A stretch of 64,000 nt of DNA from an uncultured Actinomycetes bacterium (GCA_963695025.1 CAVOFQ010000003.1:1437538-1501537), one strand, 5' to 3'; shown: positions 31,045-41,064, counted from the stretch's first letter. Numbers and translations are program-made. The notes: generated by a model from the letters alone, not told the origin.

Positions 31045-33204
31045 ATGAGCGACGCCCCGACGCCTGCGAACGAAGACGCCCCCAGTGGGCTTAGGCGCGC
31101 CATGGAGGATCGGCTGTCGTCGCTTCGCCAGGCCGAGGAGAGGCTCCAGCGCGAGCAGTCTGCGCTGCAGGAGCAGGCGAAGGTCGTCTTCGCCGAGCGC
31201 GAGGCGCGGCTCGCGCGCCGCGAGCGCGAGTTGTCAAAGCGCGAGGCCGCCCTGGCCGTGAGCGAGGGCATCGCCTCATCGCACGCATCCGGCGGCGGCG
31301 ACGCCGACCGCATCCATCTCGAGGAGCGCGAGGCCGAGCTCCAGCGCCGCGTCGACGAGTTGGACGGGCGCGAGCAGGCACTCCACGCCCGCGAGAGCGA
31401 GGCCCCCGACCCCGACTCCGTGCCGGCTGAAGCCAGCGTCGACCCCGCCGTGACCGCGCGCCTGGCCGAGCTGGAAGAGGCGACCCAGACGCTCGAGCAG
31501 CAGGTCGACCACGAGCAGCGCCAGCGCGAGCAGGTCGAGCGCGAGCGCGACGATCTCGTCGAGCAGCTTCGCGACCGCGGAGCGATCGGCTCTGTGGAGC
31601 TCGCCGAGCGCGAGGCCCGCATGACCAAGCTCGAGGCCGAGCTCACCGACCGCGAGCACCGCACCAAGAAGGTCGAAAAGGTGCTCACCCAGAAGGAGCT
31701 CTCGATCGATGCCGTGCGCGCCGACATGATGCAGCGCACCGAGGAGATCGAGGCGGCCGAGCGCAGGCTGGCCGAGGTACAGGCATCGATCACGGAGCGC
31801 GAGACGGCTGCGGCCACGCTGGCGGCAGAGGCCGCCGAGAAGCTCGCCACGATCGGCGCGCGAGAGGCCGAGCTGGCCCGGTCGGTGGACGAGCTCGCAG
31901 CGCTCCAGGCGGAGCTGCACGAGACGTCCGCGTCGGTCGAGGAGCGGTCCGCAAACATCGAGAAGACCCAGGAGCGCGCCGCGGCGCTGCACGCCGAGGC
32001 CGAGCGCCGCAAGGCCGAGGCCGAGGAGCGGCTCACCCAACTCGCCGACCGCGAGCGCGAGCTGGCCCTGGTCGACGGCAAGCTGGTCGAGCTCGAGCAG
32101 GGAACCGCCGCCGTCGAGGCCACCAAGGCCGATCTCGTCGCCCGCGAACAGGCTCTCGAGAAACGGGCCGAGGAGCTCGCAACGTTCGAGAGCCAGCTCG
32201 CCGACCTCGATGACCAGCGCGCCCGCGCCGAGCAGGCCGCACAGGTCGCCTCGGCCGAACGCGAGCGCCTGAAGACCGAGCGCAACGCCACTGACAAGCG
32301 CCGCACCGAGCTCGCCGAGATGGAGCGGCGCCTGGTGGGCATGGACGCGCGCATGGAGGAGATCGACCTGCGCCACAAGCAGGTCGAGCAGGACGAGCGC
32401 GAGGTCTCCGAGGCACGGGTTGCCGCGGAGCGCCTCCACAGCGAGGCGGACCGTCTGCGTGTGCAGGCGGAGCGAGCCATCGCCGAGGCCGACGAGCGCG
32501 CCTCCGTCGAGGTCAAGCGCCTGTCCGCCGACCTGCGCGAGCGCGAATCGCGGCTGGGCGCCAACGAGAGCGACGTCGCCCGGCGCGAGAGCAGGCTCGA
32601 CCGGCGTCAGGACTCGCTCGACACGCGCGAGCGCGAGCTCGACACCCGCCACGACGCCATGGAGCTGCGCGAAGCACAGTTGCGCGAGCGCGAGGCGGAC
32701 GTTGCCCGGCTGACGGTGCGTGCCGACCGGATCGAGACCGATCTCGAGGCCCAGCACGCTGCCCTGGCCGATGCGGAGGAGGCGGTCGCCCGCGAGCGGG
32801 CGGTGCTCCAGCGCCAGAAGGCCGCGATCGAGCAGCGCGAGAAGGATGCACGCGAGGATCTCGACCGGGCCGTGCGCACCGCGATCTCCGACGACGGCGG
32901 CCGGCGCGGCAAGGCCCCCGACGCCAAGGCGCTCGAGGAGCTGCACGCAGCATTGCGGAGCCGCGAGGCCGAGCTGAAGGCGCAGGAGCGCCGGCTGGCC
33001 GAGCGCCAGGCGTCCCTCGTCCGCCGCGAGGCCGACCTCGAGACCTACGCCGGCAATCTCCAGCGCGAGGGCGGTGCAACCGGACCGGTCCTGCCGCCGG
33101 CGGTGCCCGAGCAGAACGGCAACGGCGCCTCGGATGACGCCCACGACGGCCAGCCGGCCGAGTCGGGCAGCGGCGCCAGCCGTCTGAACTTCTGGTCGCG
33201 CTAG
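31045..33204 (+). CDS. Large coiled-coil protein
   Basis: 719 aa, E/R/A/L-rich heptads (RExEL repeats), no ATPase motifs, ends SRLNFWSR. Confidence 0.85.
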   Translation: MSDAPTPANEDAPSGLRRAMEDRLSSLRQAEERLQREQSALQEQAKVVFAEREARLARRERELSKREAALAVSEGIASSHASGGGDADRIHLEEREAELQRRVDELDGREQALHARESEAPDPDSVPAEASVDPAVTARLAELEEATQTLEQQVDHEQRQREQVERERDDLVEQLRDRGAIGSVELAEREARMTKLEAELTDREHRTKKVEKVLTQKELSIDAVRADMMQRTEEIEAAERRLAEVQASITERETAAATLAAEAAEKLATIGAREAELARSVDELAALQAELHETSASVEERSANIEKTQERAAALHAEAERRKAEAEERLTQLADRERELALVDGKLVELEQGTAAVEATKADLVAREQALEKRAEELATFESQLADLDDQRARAEQAAQVASAERERLKTERNATDKRRTELAEMERRLVGMDARMEEIDLRHKQVEQDEREVSEARVAAERLHSEADRLRVQAERAIAEADERASVEVKRLSADLRERESRLGANESDVARRESRLDRRQDSLDTRERELDTRHDAMELREAQLREREADVARLTVRADRIETDLEAQHAALADAEEAVARERAVLQRQKAAIEQREKDAREDLDRAVRTAISDDGGRRGKAPDAKALEELHAALRSREAELKAQERRLAERQASLVRREADLETYAGNLQREGGATGPVLPPAVPEQNGNGASDDAHDGQPAESGSGASRLNFWSR

Positions 33205-33237
33205 GGCACCGTCCGCCGGCACGAATAGGGTCCCGCC

Positions 33238-34050
33238 ATGCGGGGACGGGCCGGCCATGTTCGTCAGCTCGCGGTGGTCGGCGCGGTTGCGCTGGCCGCC
33301 GCGGCGTGGCTCCTGCCTCCCCCGCTTCGGCCGGGCGCACTCGCCATCGCTGCGCTTCTGGCCTCCACGGAGGGTCGAGCCGGCGGCGTCACCGCCGCCG
33401 CCGTGGCGGCCGTCACACCCGTCCCGGGTCCCGTGCGGGCCGCGATCGCCGTGACGGCCGTCGTCGCGGCCGAGCTCGAGCATCGCCACCGCACCGCCCG
33501 GCGAACATTGCGCGCGCGGTCGTTCACCGACCGCCTGACCGGTCTTCGCAACTACGACTACTTCTCGGAGGTGCTGCGCAGTGAGCTGGCACGCGTGCGC
33601 CGCTACGGCGGCTGTGTCACGCTGGTCATGATCGACCTCGACCGCTTCAAGACGTACAACGACAGCCACGGTCACGCAGCCGGAAACCGGCTGCTGGCAG
33701 AGGTCGGCCGTACGCTTGCCCGCGAGAAGCGCGACGCCGACATCGCCGCCCGCTTCGGCGGCGAGGAGTTCGCGCTGCTCGTGCCCGGCCGGGGCACCGA
33801 CGCGGTGATCGTCGCCGAGCGGGTGCGCCAGGCAATCGCCGAGATCTCGACCGCCGGTCTCGACCGCCACCATGTACCCGACATCGTGACGGTCTCGGCC
33901 GGAATCGCAACGTTCCCGGTCGATGCCCGCGACGCCGAGGAGCTGTTCGAGGAGGCTGACCGGGCGCTCTACGAGGCGAAGCGCCGGGGCCGTAACCGCG
34001 TCGTCTGCGCCGAGCAGGCGCGCGACGGCGAGCGCCGCCTGGTTGGCTAA
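33238..34050 (+). CDS. Membrane-anchored diguanylate cyclase
   Basis: DRLTGLRN, DLDRFKTYND, RDAD I-site, RFGGEEF, ADRALYEAK. Confidence 0.93.
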   Translation: MRGRAGHVRQLAVVGAVALAAAAWLLPPPLRPGALAIAALLASTEGRAGGVTAAAVAAVTPVPGPVRAAIAVTAVVAAELEHRHRTARRTLRARSFTDRLTGLRNYDYFSEVLRSELARVRRYGGCVTLVMIDLDRFKTYNDSHGHAAGNRLLAEVGRTLAREKRDADIAARFGGEEFALLVPGRGTDAVIVAERVRQAIAEISTAGLDRHHVPDIVTVSAGIATFPVDARDAEELFEEADRALYEAKRRGRNRVVCAEQARDGERRLVG

Positions 34051-34667
34051 CTCAGGTCGGCGCGCTCGCTGTCGAAGCGGGCGGAGTGCAGTTGGTGGTG
34101 GAACCGCTCGACCGTCAGGTCGCGACCGTCACCGAAGGGGCGGTGCACGTAGCGGACGACCTTGTCGTGGTAGAAGGGCACGTCGAGGTGGGCGCCGCTC
34201 ACGAGGTTCAGCGACACCTCGCCGCAGCCGGGGCAGCTCATCGCGACGCCGAGCACGCCGTCGCGGCCGGAATCCGCCGGGGCGACCATGGCCAGGGTCG
34301 ACGGCCACACCGGCCGCATGCGGGCCTCCGGCGAGCAGTACAGCCGCCAGGGCCAGTTGCCGCGCTGCACCTCGCACCGGGCGAGCTCGGCCAGCTCGTC
34401 GCCGACGGGCTCGGTGCGGCCCGTCAGCAGGTTGCGGAACTCGACCTCGACCGTGCTCAGAGGGCCGTAGTCGAGGTCGTCATGCGACACGAGCCCGAGG
34501 TGCTGTTCTCCGCACGAGCAGTCGTAGGTGACGCGGTAGACGGCCGGATGGACGGCGCCGGGAAGCCGCTCGAGGCGCCGGAACGACGACAGCGGCACGC
34601 GGGTCAGCTCGCCGTCGGGACGGCGGGGACAGTGAAACCGGTAGCTGGCTCGCAACACGTCGTACAT
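34047..34667 (-). CDS. Cys/His-rich hypothetical protein, probably Zn-binding
   Basis: SD GGGAG, ATG at 34667; HCP, CSCGEQH, YC, CPGC, HLD motifs. Confidence 0.7.
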   Translation of the reverse strand: MYDVLRASYRFHCPRRPDGELTRVPLSSFRRLERLPGAVHPAVYRVTYDCSCGEQHLGLVSHDDLDYGPLSTVEVEFRNLLTGRTEPVGDELAELARCEVQRGNWPWRLYCSPEARMRPVWPSTLAMVAPADSGRDGVLGVAMSCPGCGEVSLNLVSGAHLDVPFYHDKVVRYVHRPFGDGRDLTVERFHHQLHSARFDSERADLS

Positions 34668-34680
34668 GGTTCTCCCGGGT

Positions 34681-34708
34681 ATATCGACCGGTCCGGCCCT
34701 GCGTGTTA
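34681..34708 (-). promoter_or_regulatory. Sigma28-type promoter
   Basis: TAACA-N15-GTCGATAT. Confidence 0.55.
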
Positions 34709-34722
34709 GCATCGCCGCGCCG

Positions 34723-35253
34723 GTGACACGCATCGATCTGCGCACGCATATCCGCGATATCCCCGACTTCCCGAAGCCGGGAATCGTGTTCAAGGACATC
34801 ATGCCGCTTCTGGCGGACGCCACGGCGCTGCACCAGGCGGTGGACGACCTGGCCGCGTGGGCCGAGCCCCGCCAGGTCGACATCGTCGTCGGGGCCGAGG
34901 CCCGCGGATTCATCCTGGGTGCCGCGATGGCCTACCGGCTCGGGTGCGGGTTCGTCGCCGCCCGCAAGCCGGGCAAGCTGCCGTACCTGACGGTCGGCGC
35001 CAAGTACGCGCTCGAGTACGGCTTCGACGCGCTCGAGATGCACGTGGACGCGCTCAAACGGGGCGCCCGCGTGCTCATCCACGACGACCTCCTGGCCACC
35101 GGCGGCACCGCCCGGGCCAAGATCGATCTCGTGGAGCAGCTGGGCGCCAATGTCGTCGGGCTCGCCTTCGTGGTCGAGCTGGCGTTCCTCAACGGCCGCG
35201 ACAAGCTGTACGGCTACGACGTCCACTCGCTGATTCAGTACGAATCCGAATAA
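34723..35253 (+). CDS. apt: Adenine phosphoribosyltransferase
   Basis: [35 protein letters not shown]. Confidence 0.97.
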   Translation: MTRIDLRTHIRDIPDFPKPGIVFKDIMPLLADATALHQAVDDLAAWAEPRQVDIVVGAEARGFILGAAMAYRLGCGFVAARKPGKLPYLTVGAKYALEYGFDALEMHVDALKRGARVLIHDDLLATGGTARAKIDLVEQLGANVVGLAFVVELAFLNGRDKLYGYDVHSLIQYESE

Positions 35254-35255
35254 CC

Positions 35256-35461
35256 AGGTGGTTCATCCCCAATCCCCGCGCGCCTGGTCGCCATGTCGGC
35301 TGGCGGTCAGCGTGAGGTTGGTGGCGCTGCGGCTGCGAACCGTCGCCTCGCGACGTCCTCGGTCGCGCCCATACGCTTAACCGGTATGAACGCTCCCTGC
35401 GTCCTTGCGAGGCTCGGTTCTCGCCGCCCAGCGCATCACGGGGATCGGGGATAAACCACCT
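35256..35461. mobile_element. MITE-like element (206 bp)
   Basis: 23-bp terminal inverted repeats AGGTGGTTCATCCCCAATCCCCG / CGGGGATCGGGGATAAACCACCT (2 mismatches), internal hairpins, non-coding. Confidence 0.7.
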
Positions 35462-35465
35462 ACCG

Positions 35466-36161
35466 TTACCGCGCGACGTCGCGCAGGTCGCGCACCAGGA
35501 GCAGGTGGGCGAGCTGGCTGGTCAGCTCGGCCAGCGCCTCGAGCTCCTGCAGCCCCGCCTCGCGCCGTTCGGGGTTCTGCGACCGCAGCGCCGGGGCCAT
35601 GATCTGCTCGAGCAGCCCCGCCTCCCGCTCGACCGCCGACCGGAATGCCTTCAGGTGCCGCGCGTTGACGCCGTAGCGGGCCAGCCGCTGGCAGATGATC
35701 ACGATCTCGACGTCGGTGCGGGTGTAGGTCGCGTGCGCCTCACCGGCGTGCCGGTCGACGAGCTGGAACTCCTCGAGCTCACGGACGAAGGTCGGGTCGG
35801 AGTCCGCCGCCCCGAGCAGCTGGTCGAACGTCAGCCGGTCCTCCACCCCGCCCACGAGCCGCGGCCGGCGGCCGGTGCCCGCGGCCGATCGGCCCTGCGC
35901 GATCACCTGCCGGATCACCCGCAGCGGCAGGAACTCGTCGCGCTGCATCCGCAGGATCGTGCGGAGCTGCTCGACATCCTCCTCGCCGTAGAGGCGATAG
36001 CCGCCGGGCGTGCGCCGGGGCGTGATCAGCCGCTGGTCCTCGAGGAACCGGATCTTCGAGATCGAGATGTCGGGAAACTCCTCACGCAGTGACTTGCACA
36101 CCGTGCCGATGGTGAGCCTCGAGGTCGAGCTGCCGCGTCCTTCGGTGGCCTCTGCCGACAC
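35466..36161 (-). CDS. MerR-family regulator (FtsR-like)
   Basis: EFPDISISKIRFLE, PRRTPGGYRLY, FLPLRVI; follows an FHA gene. Confidence 0.9.
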   Translation of the reverse strand: MSAEATEGRGSSTSRLTIGTVCKSLREEFPDISISKIRFLEDQRLITPRRTPGGYRLYGEEDVEQLRTILRMQRDEFLPLRVIRQVIAQGRSAAGTGRRPRLVGGVEDRLTFDQLLGAADSDPTFVRELEEFQLVDRHAGEAHATYTRTDVEIVIICQRLARYGVNARHLKAFRSAVEREAGLLEQIMAPALRSQNPERREAGLQELEALAELTSQLAHLLLVRDLRDVAR

Positions 36162-36162
36162 G

Positions 36163-36624
36163 TCAGGCCCCTCGCTCGATGTAGGTCAGCCGGTACTTGC
36201 CGATCTGCACCTCGTCGCCGTCGGCGAGGCGGACGCTCTCGATCCGCTGCCGGTTCACGTAGGTGCCGTTCAGGCTGCCCGAGTCGGACAGGTGCAGCCC
36301 GTCGTCGCGGCGGTCGAGCACGGCGTGCTCGCGCGAGACGGTGATGTCGTCCAGAAAGATGTCGGCGTTCTCGGCCCGCCCGATCGCCATATGGTCTGAC
36401 CCGAGCAGAAACTGCTCCCCCGCGCGGCCGCCGCCGATCCGGATCACCAGCATCGCCCCCTCGGGCGTCTCGTCGCCGGCCTCCGCGTCACCCTCCTCGT
36501 CGACGAACGCCGTGAAGGCCTGCGTCACCTCGCCGCCGTCGGGTTCGAGCAGGCTCGCGCCGCAGCGTCCGCAAAAGCGGGCCGCCTCGCGGTTGTGATG
36601 ACCGCACTCAGGGCAGTACGCCAC
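36163..36624 (-). CDS. Zinc-ribbon plus FHA protein (GarA/OdhI-like)
   Basis: CPECG...FCGRCG; GR..DIFLDDITVSREHA, DSGSLNGTYVN. Confidence 0.92.
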   Translation of the reverse strand: MAYCPECGHHNREAARFCGRCGASLLEPDGGEVTQAFTAFVDEEGDAEAGDETPEGAMLVIRIGGGRAGEQFLLGSDHMAIGRAENADIFLDDITVSREHAVLDRRDDGLHLSDSGSLNGTYVNRQRIESVRLADGDEVQIGKYRLTYIERGA

Positions 36625-36626
36625 CG

Positions 36627-36914
36627 CTACCCGCTGGACGCCGCGCCGGGCTCGTCATCGAGGCCCGGCGGCGGCCCCCGGTGGGCGAGGATGTCCGTCA
36701 ACCTGTCGATATCGATCTCAGACAGCGTCGAGGGGCTGCCGGTCTCGCGGCGTTTGACCCGGTCGACCAGCTCGGCCCGGAGGATGTCGATCTTGCCGTG
36801 CAGCAGGCGCCGCCGGTACGACACCTCCTCCTCCTCGCGCACGAAACGCTCGATGAGGGTTTTCAGCTCGTCGTCGGAGATGGTGGTGAAATCGGGCAGC
36901 ACATCCATTGGCAT
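36627..36914 (-). CDS. rsiG: c-di-GMP-binding anti-sigma factor RsiG, single-motif (homodimeric) type
   Basis: EEEVSYRRRLLHGKID = E-x3-S-x2-R-x3-(Q/H)-x3-D, flanked by SDDEL and ILRAEL. Confidence 0.85.
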   Translation of the reverse strand: MPMDVLPDFTTISDDELKTLIERFVREEEEVSYRRRLLHGKIDILRAELVDRVKRRETGSPSTLSEIDIDRLTDILAHRGPPPGLDDEPGAASSG

Positions 36915-36944
36915 GATCCGTTTCCGTTTCTCTAGACCGGGCGA

Positions 36945-36983
36945 AGTCTACCCACGCATCGGCATTTCCTCAAGCTCTGGTTG
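36945..36983 (-). promoter_or_regulatory. Overlapping sigmaA-like and sigma28-like promoters of rsiG
   Basis: TTGAGG-N17-TAGACT and CAACC-N15-GCCGATGC. Confidence 0.45.
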
Positions 36984-37005
36984 AGGGTTCGGCCGCGGCG
37001 GTGTT

Positions 37006-39504
37006 TCAGACGTTCGCCGAGACGAATCCGTCGAGCATCGCCCGGTACTTCTCCTCGAGCGCTTGAGAGTCCTCCAGCGACGCTCCCTCGGCGTACACGT
37101 GGAAGACCGGCTCGTCGGGGTCGGGCAGCACCTGCACCCAGCCCTCGGGCTCGAACACCTTGATGCCGTCGGTGTTGTCGACCTGCTTACCCTTCACCGC
37201 CTCGATCAGCTGCCGCATCGCGAGGCCCTTTGCCGACCAGGGGCACGGCTCGCGGACGTGCACGAGCGTGCTCCGGGGCAGGCCCTCGACGAGCTCGGAC
37301 AACGTCCGGCCGGAGTGCGCCACCAGCTCGAGCAGCTTCCCGAGCGACATGATGGCGTCGTAGGCGGGCAGGAAGCTCGGGAACACATATCCACCGCCGG
37401 AGGCGCCCGCGAACACGACGCCGTCGGCCGCCGCGGCGGCGAGGAGCGCGCCCAGCGATGCCTTGGTGCGCTCGACGACCACGCCGTGGCCCGCGGCCAC
37501 CTCCTCGACCATGCGCGACTCGGTGATCGGGACGAGCAGCCTGCCGCGCCCGTTCGACGCCGCCAGCTCGCGCACGAACAGGAGCAGCACGGTCTCGGGC
37601 GCAATCTGGTTCCCGCCCTCGTCCACCAGCCACACCCGCTCGGCCGGGTTGTCGATCAGCACGCCCAGGTCGGCGCCCACGCCCTGCACGAGGCCGGCGG
37701 TGTCGTCGAGCGCGCGGTCGGTCTCGAGGTGCGGCGAGACGGACGACGAGTCGATGAACGCGTTCAGCGCGACCATCTCGACCCCCAGCTCGCCGATCAG
37801 CGAGGGGATGACGAGCGATGCCGCCGACATGCCGTAGTTCAGCACGATCCGGAAGTTGCGGCTGCGGATCGCGTCCCGGTCGAGCGACCCCAGGAGCTCC
37901 TGGACGTAGCTCTCGGTGGCCCGGGCCGGATAGGTCAGGCCGCCGATCTCGCCGGGGCTCACACGCCGGAATTCCTGCCGCGAGAACGTCTGCTCGATCG
38001 CCTTGAGGTCGGACCCGGCCACGAGGATCCCCGGCGGCGCGAAGAAACTCACCTGGGTGACGTCGGGATCGTCGGTCGAGACGCGCACGTGCAGGCCGCC
38101 GGCACGCTCCCCCACCTTCAGCTCGTGACGGTTCACCGTCGGCGGCGAGACGCGCAGGTCGGCCACGTTGAGGCCCGTCGAGACGAGCCCGGCGATGATG
38201 GCGCGTTTGACCATCCGTGATGACGGGTGCGCGTCGCGGCTGCAGACCACCCGCGCCCCGCGAGGCAGCGTCGTTCCGTACGCGACGCCGAGCCGCGCGG
38301 CCACCTCGGAGGTGATGTCGACGTTGACCAGCCCGCCCACGCCGTCACGCCCGAACAGCGTTGTGATCCCGCGGGACTCCCAGATCAGGTTCGTGTGGAT
38401 CGCGGCGCCGGCCTCGATGGTCTTGAACGGATACACCTTCACCCCTGGCGCGAGCACCGCCTGGGCGCCGATCGAGCACTCGTCGCCGACGGCGACGCCG
38501 TCGTTCAGGACGGCGTGTGTGCGCACGTCCACGCCCTTGCCGAGGATCGCGCCCTCCAGGCGGGCGCTGCGGCCGATGTAACTGCCGGAGTCGACCATGC
38601 TGCGGATGACGTTGGCGCCCTCCTTGACGACCACGTTCGGCCCCAGCACGGTGTAGGGCCCGATCCGGGCGCCGGCATCGATCTGGCAGAAGTTGCCGAT
38701 GAACGCCGGGCCGTCGATTTGCTCCAGGTCGGGGAGCTGCACGCCCTCGCCCAGCAGCACGTTGTCGCGCAGGCGGATCCCCGACAACTCGAGCTCCACA
38801 CGGCCGTCGAGAGCGTCGAAGTTGGCCTGGCGGTACTGGTCGAGATTGCCGATGTCCTGCCAGTATCCCTGGGAGAGGTGGCCGAGCATCGGCTTGCCCC
38901 GCTCGAGCAGATCGGGGAAGAGCTGCTTGGAGAAGTCATACGGCATCCCCGGCGGCACCGCCCGCAGCACTTCGGGCTCGAGCACGTACACGCCCGTGTT
39001 GATCGTGTCCGAGAACACCTGTCCCCACGACGGCTTCTCCAAGAACCGCTCCACCCGGCCGTCGGAGTCGACGATGACGACGCCGAACTCGAGCGGGTTG
39101 TCGACCGACTTCAGCGCCAGCGTGGCCGCCGCCCCGCTGCTTCGGTGCGCCGAGATGAGCGCATCCAGATCGAAGTCGCACAGGGCGTCGCCGGAGATGA
39201 CCAGGAACGTCTCGTCGAGCAGTTCCTCGGCGTTCTTGACGCTGCCCGCGGTGCCGAGCGGCCGCTCCTCCACCGAGTAATGCAGCTCGACCCCGAGCGC
39301 ACCCCCATCGTCGAAGTAGCCGCGGATCACCTGCGGCAGGTAGGCGACCGTGACAACGATGTCGGTCATGCCGTGCCGCCGCAGGAGCTCGATGATGTGC
39401 TGCATGCAGGGCTTTCCGGCCACCGGCACCATCGGCTTGGGCTGGTTCGAGGTGAGCGGGCGCAGCCGCGTCCCCTCGCCGCCCGCCATGACGACCGCCT
39501 TCAC
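37006..39504 (-). CDS. Mannose-1-phosphate guanylyltransferase / phosphomannomutase-like fusion
   Basis: [19 protein letters not shown], hexapeptide repeats, then a PMM-like domain ([15 protein letters not shown]). Confidence 0.92.
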   Translation of the reverse strand: MKAVVMAGGEGTRLRPLTSNQPKPMVPVAGKPCMQHIIELLRRHGMTDIVVTVAYLPQVIRGYFDDGGALGVELHYSVEERPLGTAGSVKNAEELLDETFLVISGDALCDFDLDALISAHRSSGAAATLALKSVDNPLEFGVVIVDSDGRVERFLEKPSWGQVFSDTINTGVYVLEPEVLRAVPPGMPYDFSKQLFPDLLERGKPMLGHLSQGYWQDIGNLDQYRQANFDALDGRVELELSGIRLRDNVLLGEGVQLPDLEQIDGPAFIGNFCQIDAGARIGPYTVLGPNVVVKEGANVIRSMVDSGSYIGRSARLEGAILGKGVDVRTHAVLNDGVAVGDECSIGAQAVLAPGVKVYPFKTIEAGAAIHTNLIWESRGITTLFGRDGVGGLVNVDITSEVAARLGVAYGTTLPRGARVVCSRDAHPSSRMVKRAIIAGLVSTGLNVADLRVSPPTVNRHELKVGERAGGLHVRVSTDDPDVTQVSFFAPPGILVAGSDLKAIEQTFSRQEFRRVSPGEIGGLTYPARATESYVQELLGSLDRDAIRSRNFRIVLNYGMSAASLVIPSLIGELGVEMVALNAFIDSSSVSPHLETDRALDDTAGLVQGVGADLGVLIDNPAERVWLVDEGGNQIAPETVLLLFVRELAASNGRGRLLVPITESRMVEEVAAGHGVVVERTKASLGALLAAAAADGVVFAGASGGGYVFPSFLPAYDAIMSLGKLLELVAHSGRTLSELVEGLPRSTLVHVREPCPWSAKGLAMRQLIEAVKGKQVDNTDGIKVFEPEGWVQVLPDPDEPVFHVYAEGASLEDSQALEEKYRAMLDGFVSANV

Positions 39505-39505
39505 C

Positions 39506-40015
39506 TCAGGCCTCCCTCGGGCTGCGCGTGTACCGGGCGCCCGCCGCGAGCGACAGGAGCAGCCCGACACCAATCAGCACCTGCGGCCACGGGGCCGCGA
39601 CGACCATCACCAGCACGAGCGCGAGCATGATCACCGCCGTGGCGGTCTTGCCGGTCATGTTGACGGCGACGTTCGTGCTCACTCCCCGCAGCCGGAAGAG
39701 CAGCGCGAGCCAGATGTCGCGGCCCAGAACCGGCGCGGCCAGCCACCAGGGCAGCCGATCCTCGTACCAGAGGAGCACGAGCGCCATGTTGATCAGAAGG
39801 CGATCGGCGAGCGGATCGACGATCCTCCCGAACCGCGAGGGGCGGTCGGCGTGGCGGGCGAGGTAGCCGTCCAGGTAGTCGGTCAGGGACGCGACCGCGA
39901 ACACAACCGCCGCCGGCCAGCCCGGATGGTGGCCGGCGGCCGCGAGCAGGATGGCGAACGGGATCACGGCCGCCAGCCGTGCCGCGGTCAGGACGTTGGC
40001 AATCGGCCTCAACAC
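39506..40015 (-). CDS. CDP-alcohol phosphatidyltransferase
   Basis: [18 protein letters not shown]...[10 protein letters not shown]. Confidence 0.92.
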   Translation of the reverse strand: MLRPIANVLTAARLAAVIPFAILLAAAGHHPGWPAAVVFAVASLTDYLDGYLARHADRPSRFGRIVDPLADRLLINMALVLLWYEDRLPWWLAAPVLGRDIWLALLFRLRGVSTNVAVNMTGKTATAVIMLALVLVMVVAAPWPQVLIGVGLLLSLAAGARYTRSPREA

Positions 40016-40070
40016 GCGGCAGAAGTCTACCGGCGACAGGACGCGCCGATCGGCGCCCAGCCGGCGGCGG

Positions 40071-40469
40071 TCAGCGGGGAACGATCGTGACCCTGATGAC
40101 CTGGGTCAGGAGCCCGCAGCGGCGTGGCCCGTGGATCGTGACGTACGACCACGGCCCCCCCTGGCTGGTGGTGATATGCGGCTCGTGTGTCTGCCACGCC
40201 ACCTCGAACTTGAACGGGTGGCCGGCCACCAGGCGGAAGCGGTAGACGGCGGACGCCGGCTTCTGCACGGTCTCTCCGCGGGGGCAGTTGCAGCCGAGTG
40301 CGAGCCGGTGCGGGTGGATGGCCGGCCGGTTGGCGAAGCACGGCTTGGGAATGGTGCGCGAGTAGTAGTGCGCTCCCTCGTGGGTGCGCAGCGGGGCGGC
40401 GTTGGCCGCCCCGGCCGTGGCCAGCGCGGTTACCAGGGTTGCAGCAGCGATCAGGGCAGAGCGTCGCAT
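40071..40469 (-). CDS. Secreted hypothetical protein
   Basis: SD AGGAGG; signal peptide MRRSALIAAATLVTALATAGAANA. Confidence 0.6.
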   Translation of the reverse strand: MRRSALIAAATLVTALATAGAANAAPLRTHEGAHYYSRTIPKPCFANRPAIHPHRLALGCNCPRGETVQKPASAVYRFRLVAGHPFKFEVAWQTHEPHITTSQGGPWSYVTIHGPRRCGLLTQVIRVTIVPR

Positions 40470-40632
40470 CCTCGAGAGCCTCCTATTCCAGTCTTGACGC
40501 CCTCCGGGACCTGCGCGGCCATGTTAGCGCCGATCTCGGACGCCACGAACGCGCACTTCGGTCGCTCCCCGTGGCCCACGGCCGTTCGACCTTCGCAAGT
40601 ATTGTGTAAAGACAGTTCATACCATGCCCGAC

Positions 40633-40648
40633 AGTTCCATGTGGAACA
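40633..40648. other. parS-like palindrome
   Basis: AGTTCCATGTGGAACA, close to the parS variant TGTTCCACGTGGAACA. Confidence 0.4.
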
Positions 40649-41064
40649 TGTACGGTCAGCGCGGCGGATGACTCCGCCAAGGGAGCCTTGCAAAAACGGG
40701 GATCGGGCGAGGACGCTCGGGCGGTCGCCGGACGGTTTGGAGGGTGGCCGCCGAGAGGCGGCGAACAACCGTCCGGGGCGCCGGGCCAGTCGACGGACCG
40801 GTTTGATCCGCTCCCGGTTCGTCGGCCGGCCGGCCGGCGCCGCGCGGAGGCAGCGGCGTCGGCCGGTTCCGACCACCGCTTCTCAAAGACTCCTGCCAAA
40901 TATTGCCAATAGGCGAAAAGGCAGGGACACTTGAACCGTCGCGGGCGCCGCTCCGGCCGGTTTCTCTCGGGCGTGACCCCTCGGGGGATGCCGAGTGGGC
41001 GCGAGCGGTGCCCGCGGCACCACCGCTCGGCGCGGCGTACCCTCCCGGCGACGACGAGGGAGGG

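Noticed and set aside
31045-33204. SMC or chromosome segregation ATPase call for the coiled-coil protein
   Set aside because: No Walker A/B, signature motif or hinge
40700-40715. Possible att duplicate of the tRNA-Pro 3' end (GATCGGGCGAGGA)
   Set aside because: Short and gapped match; likely chance at this GC content
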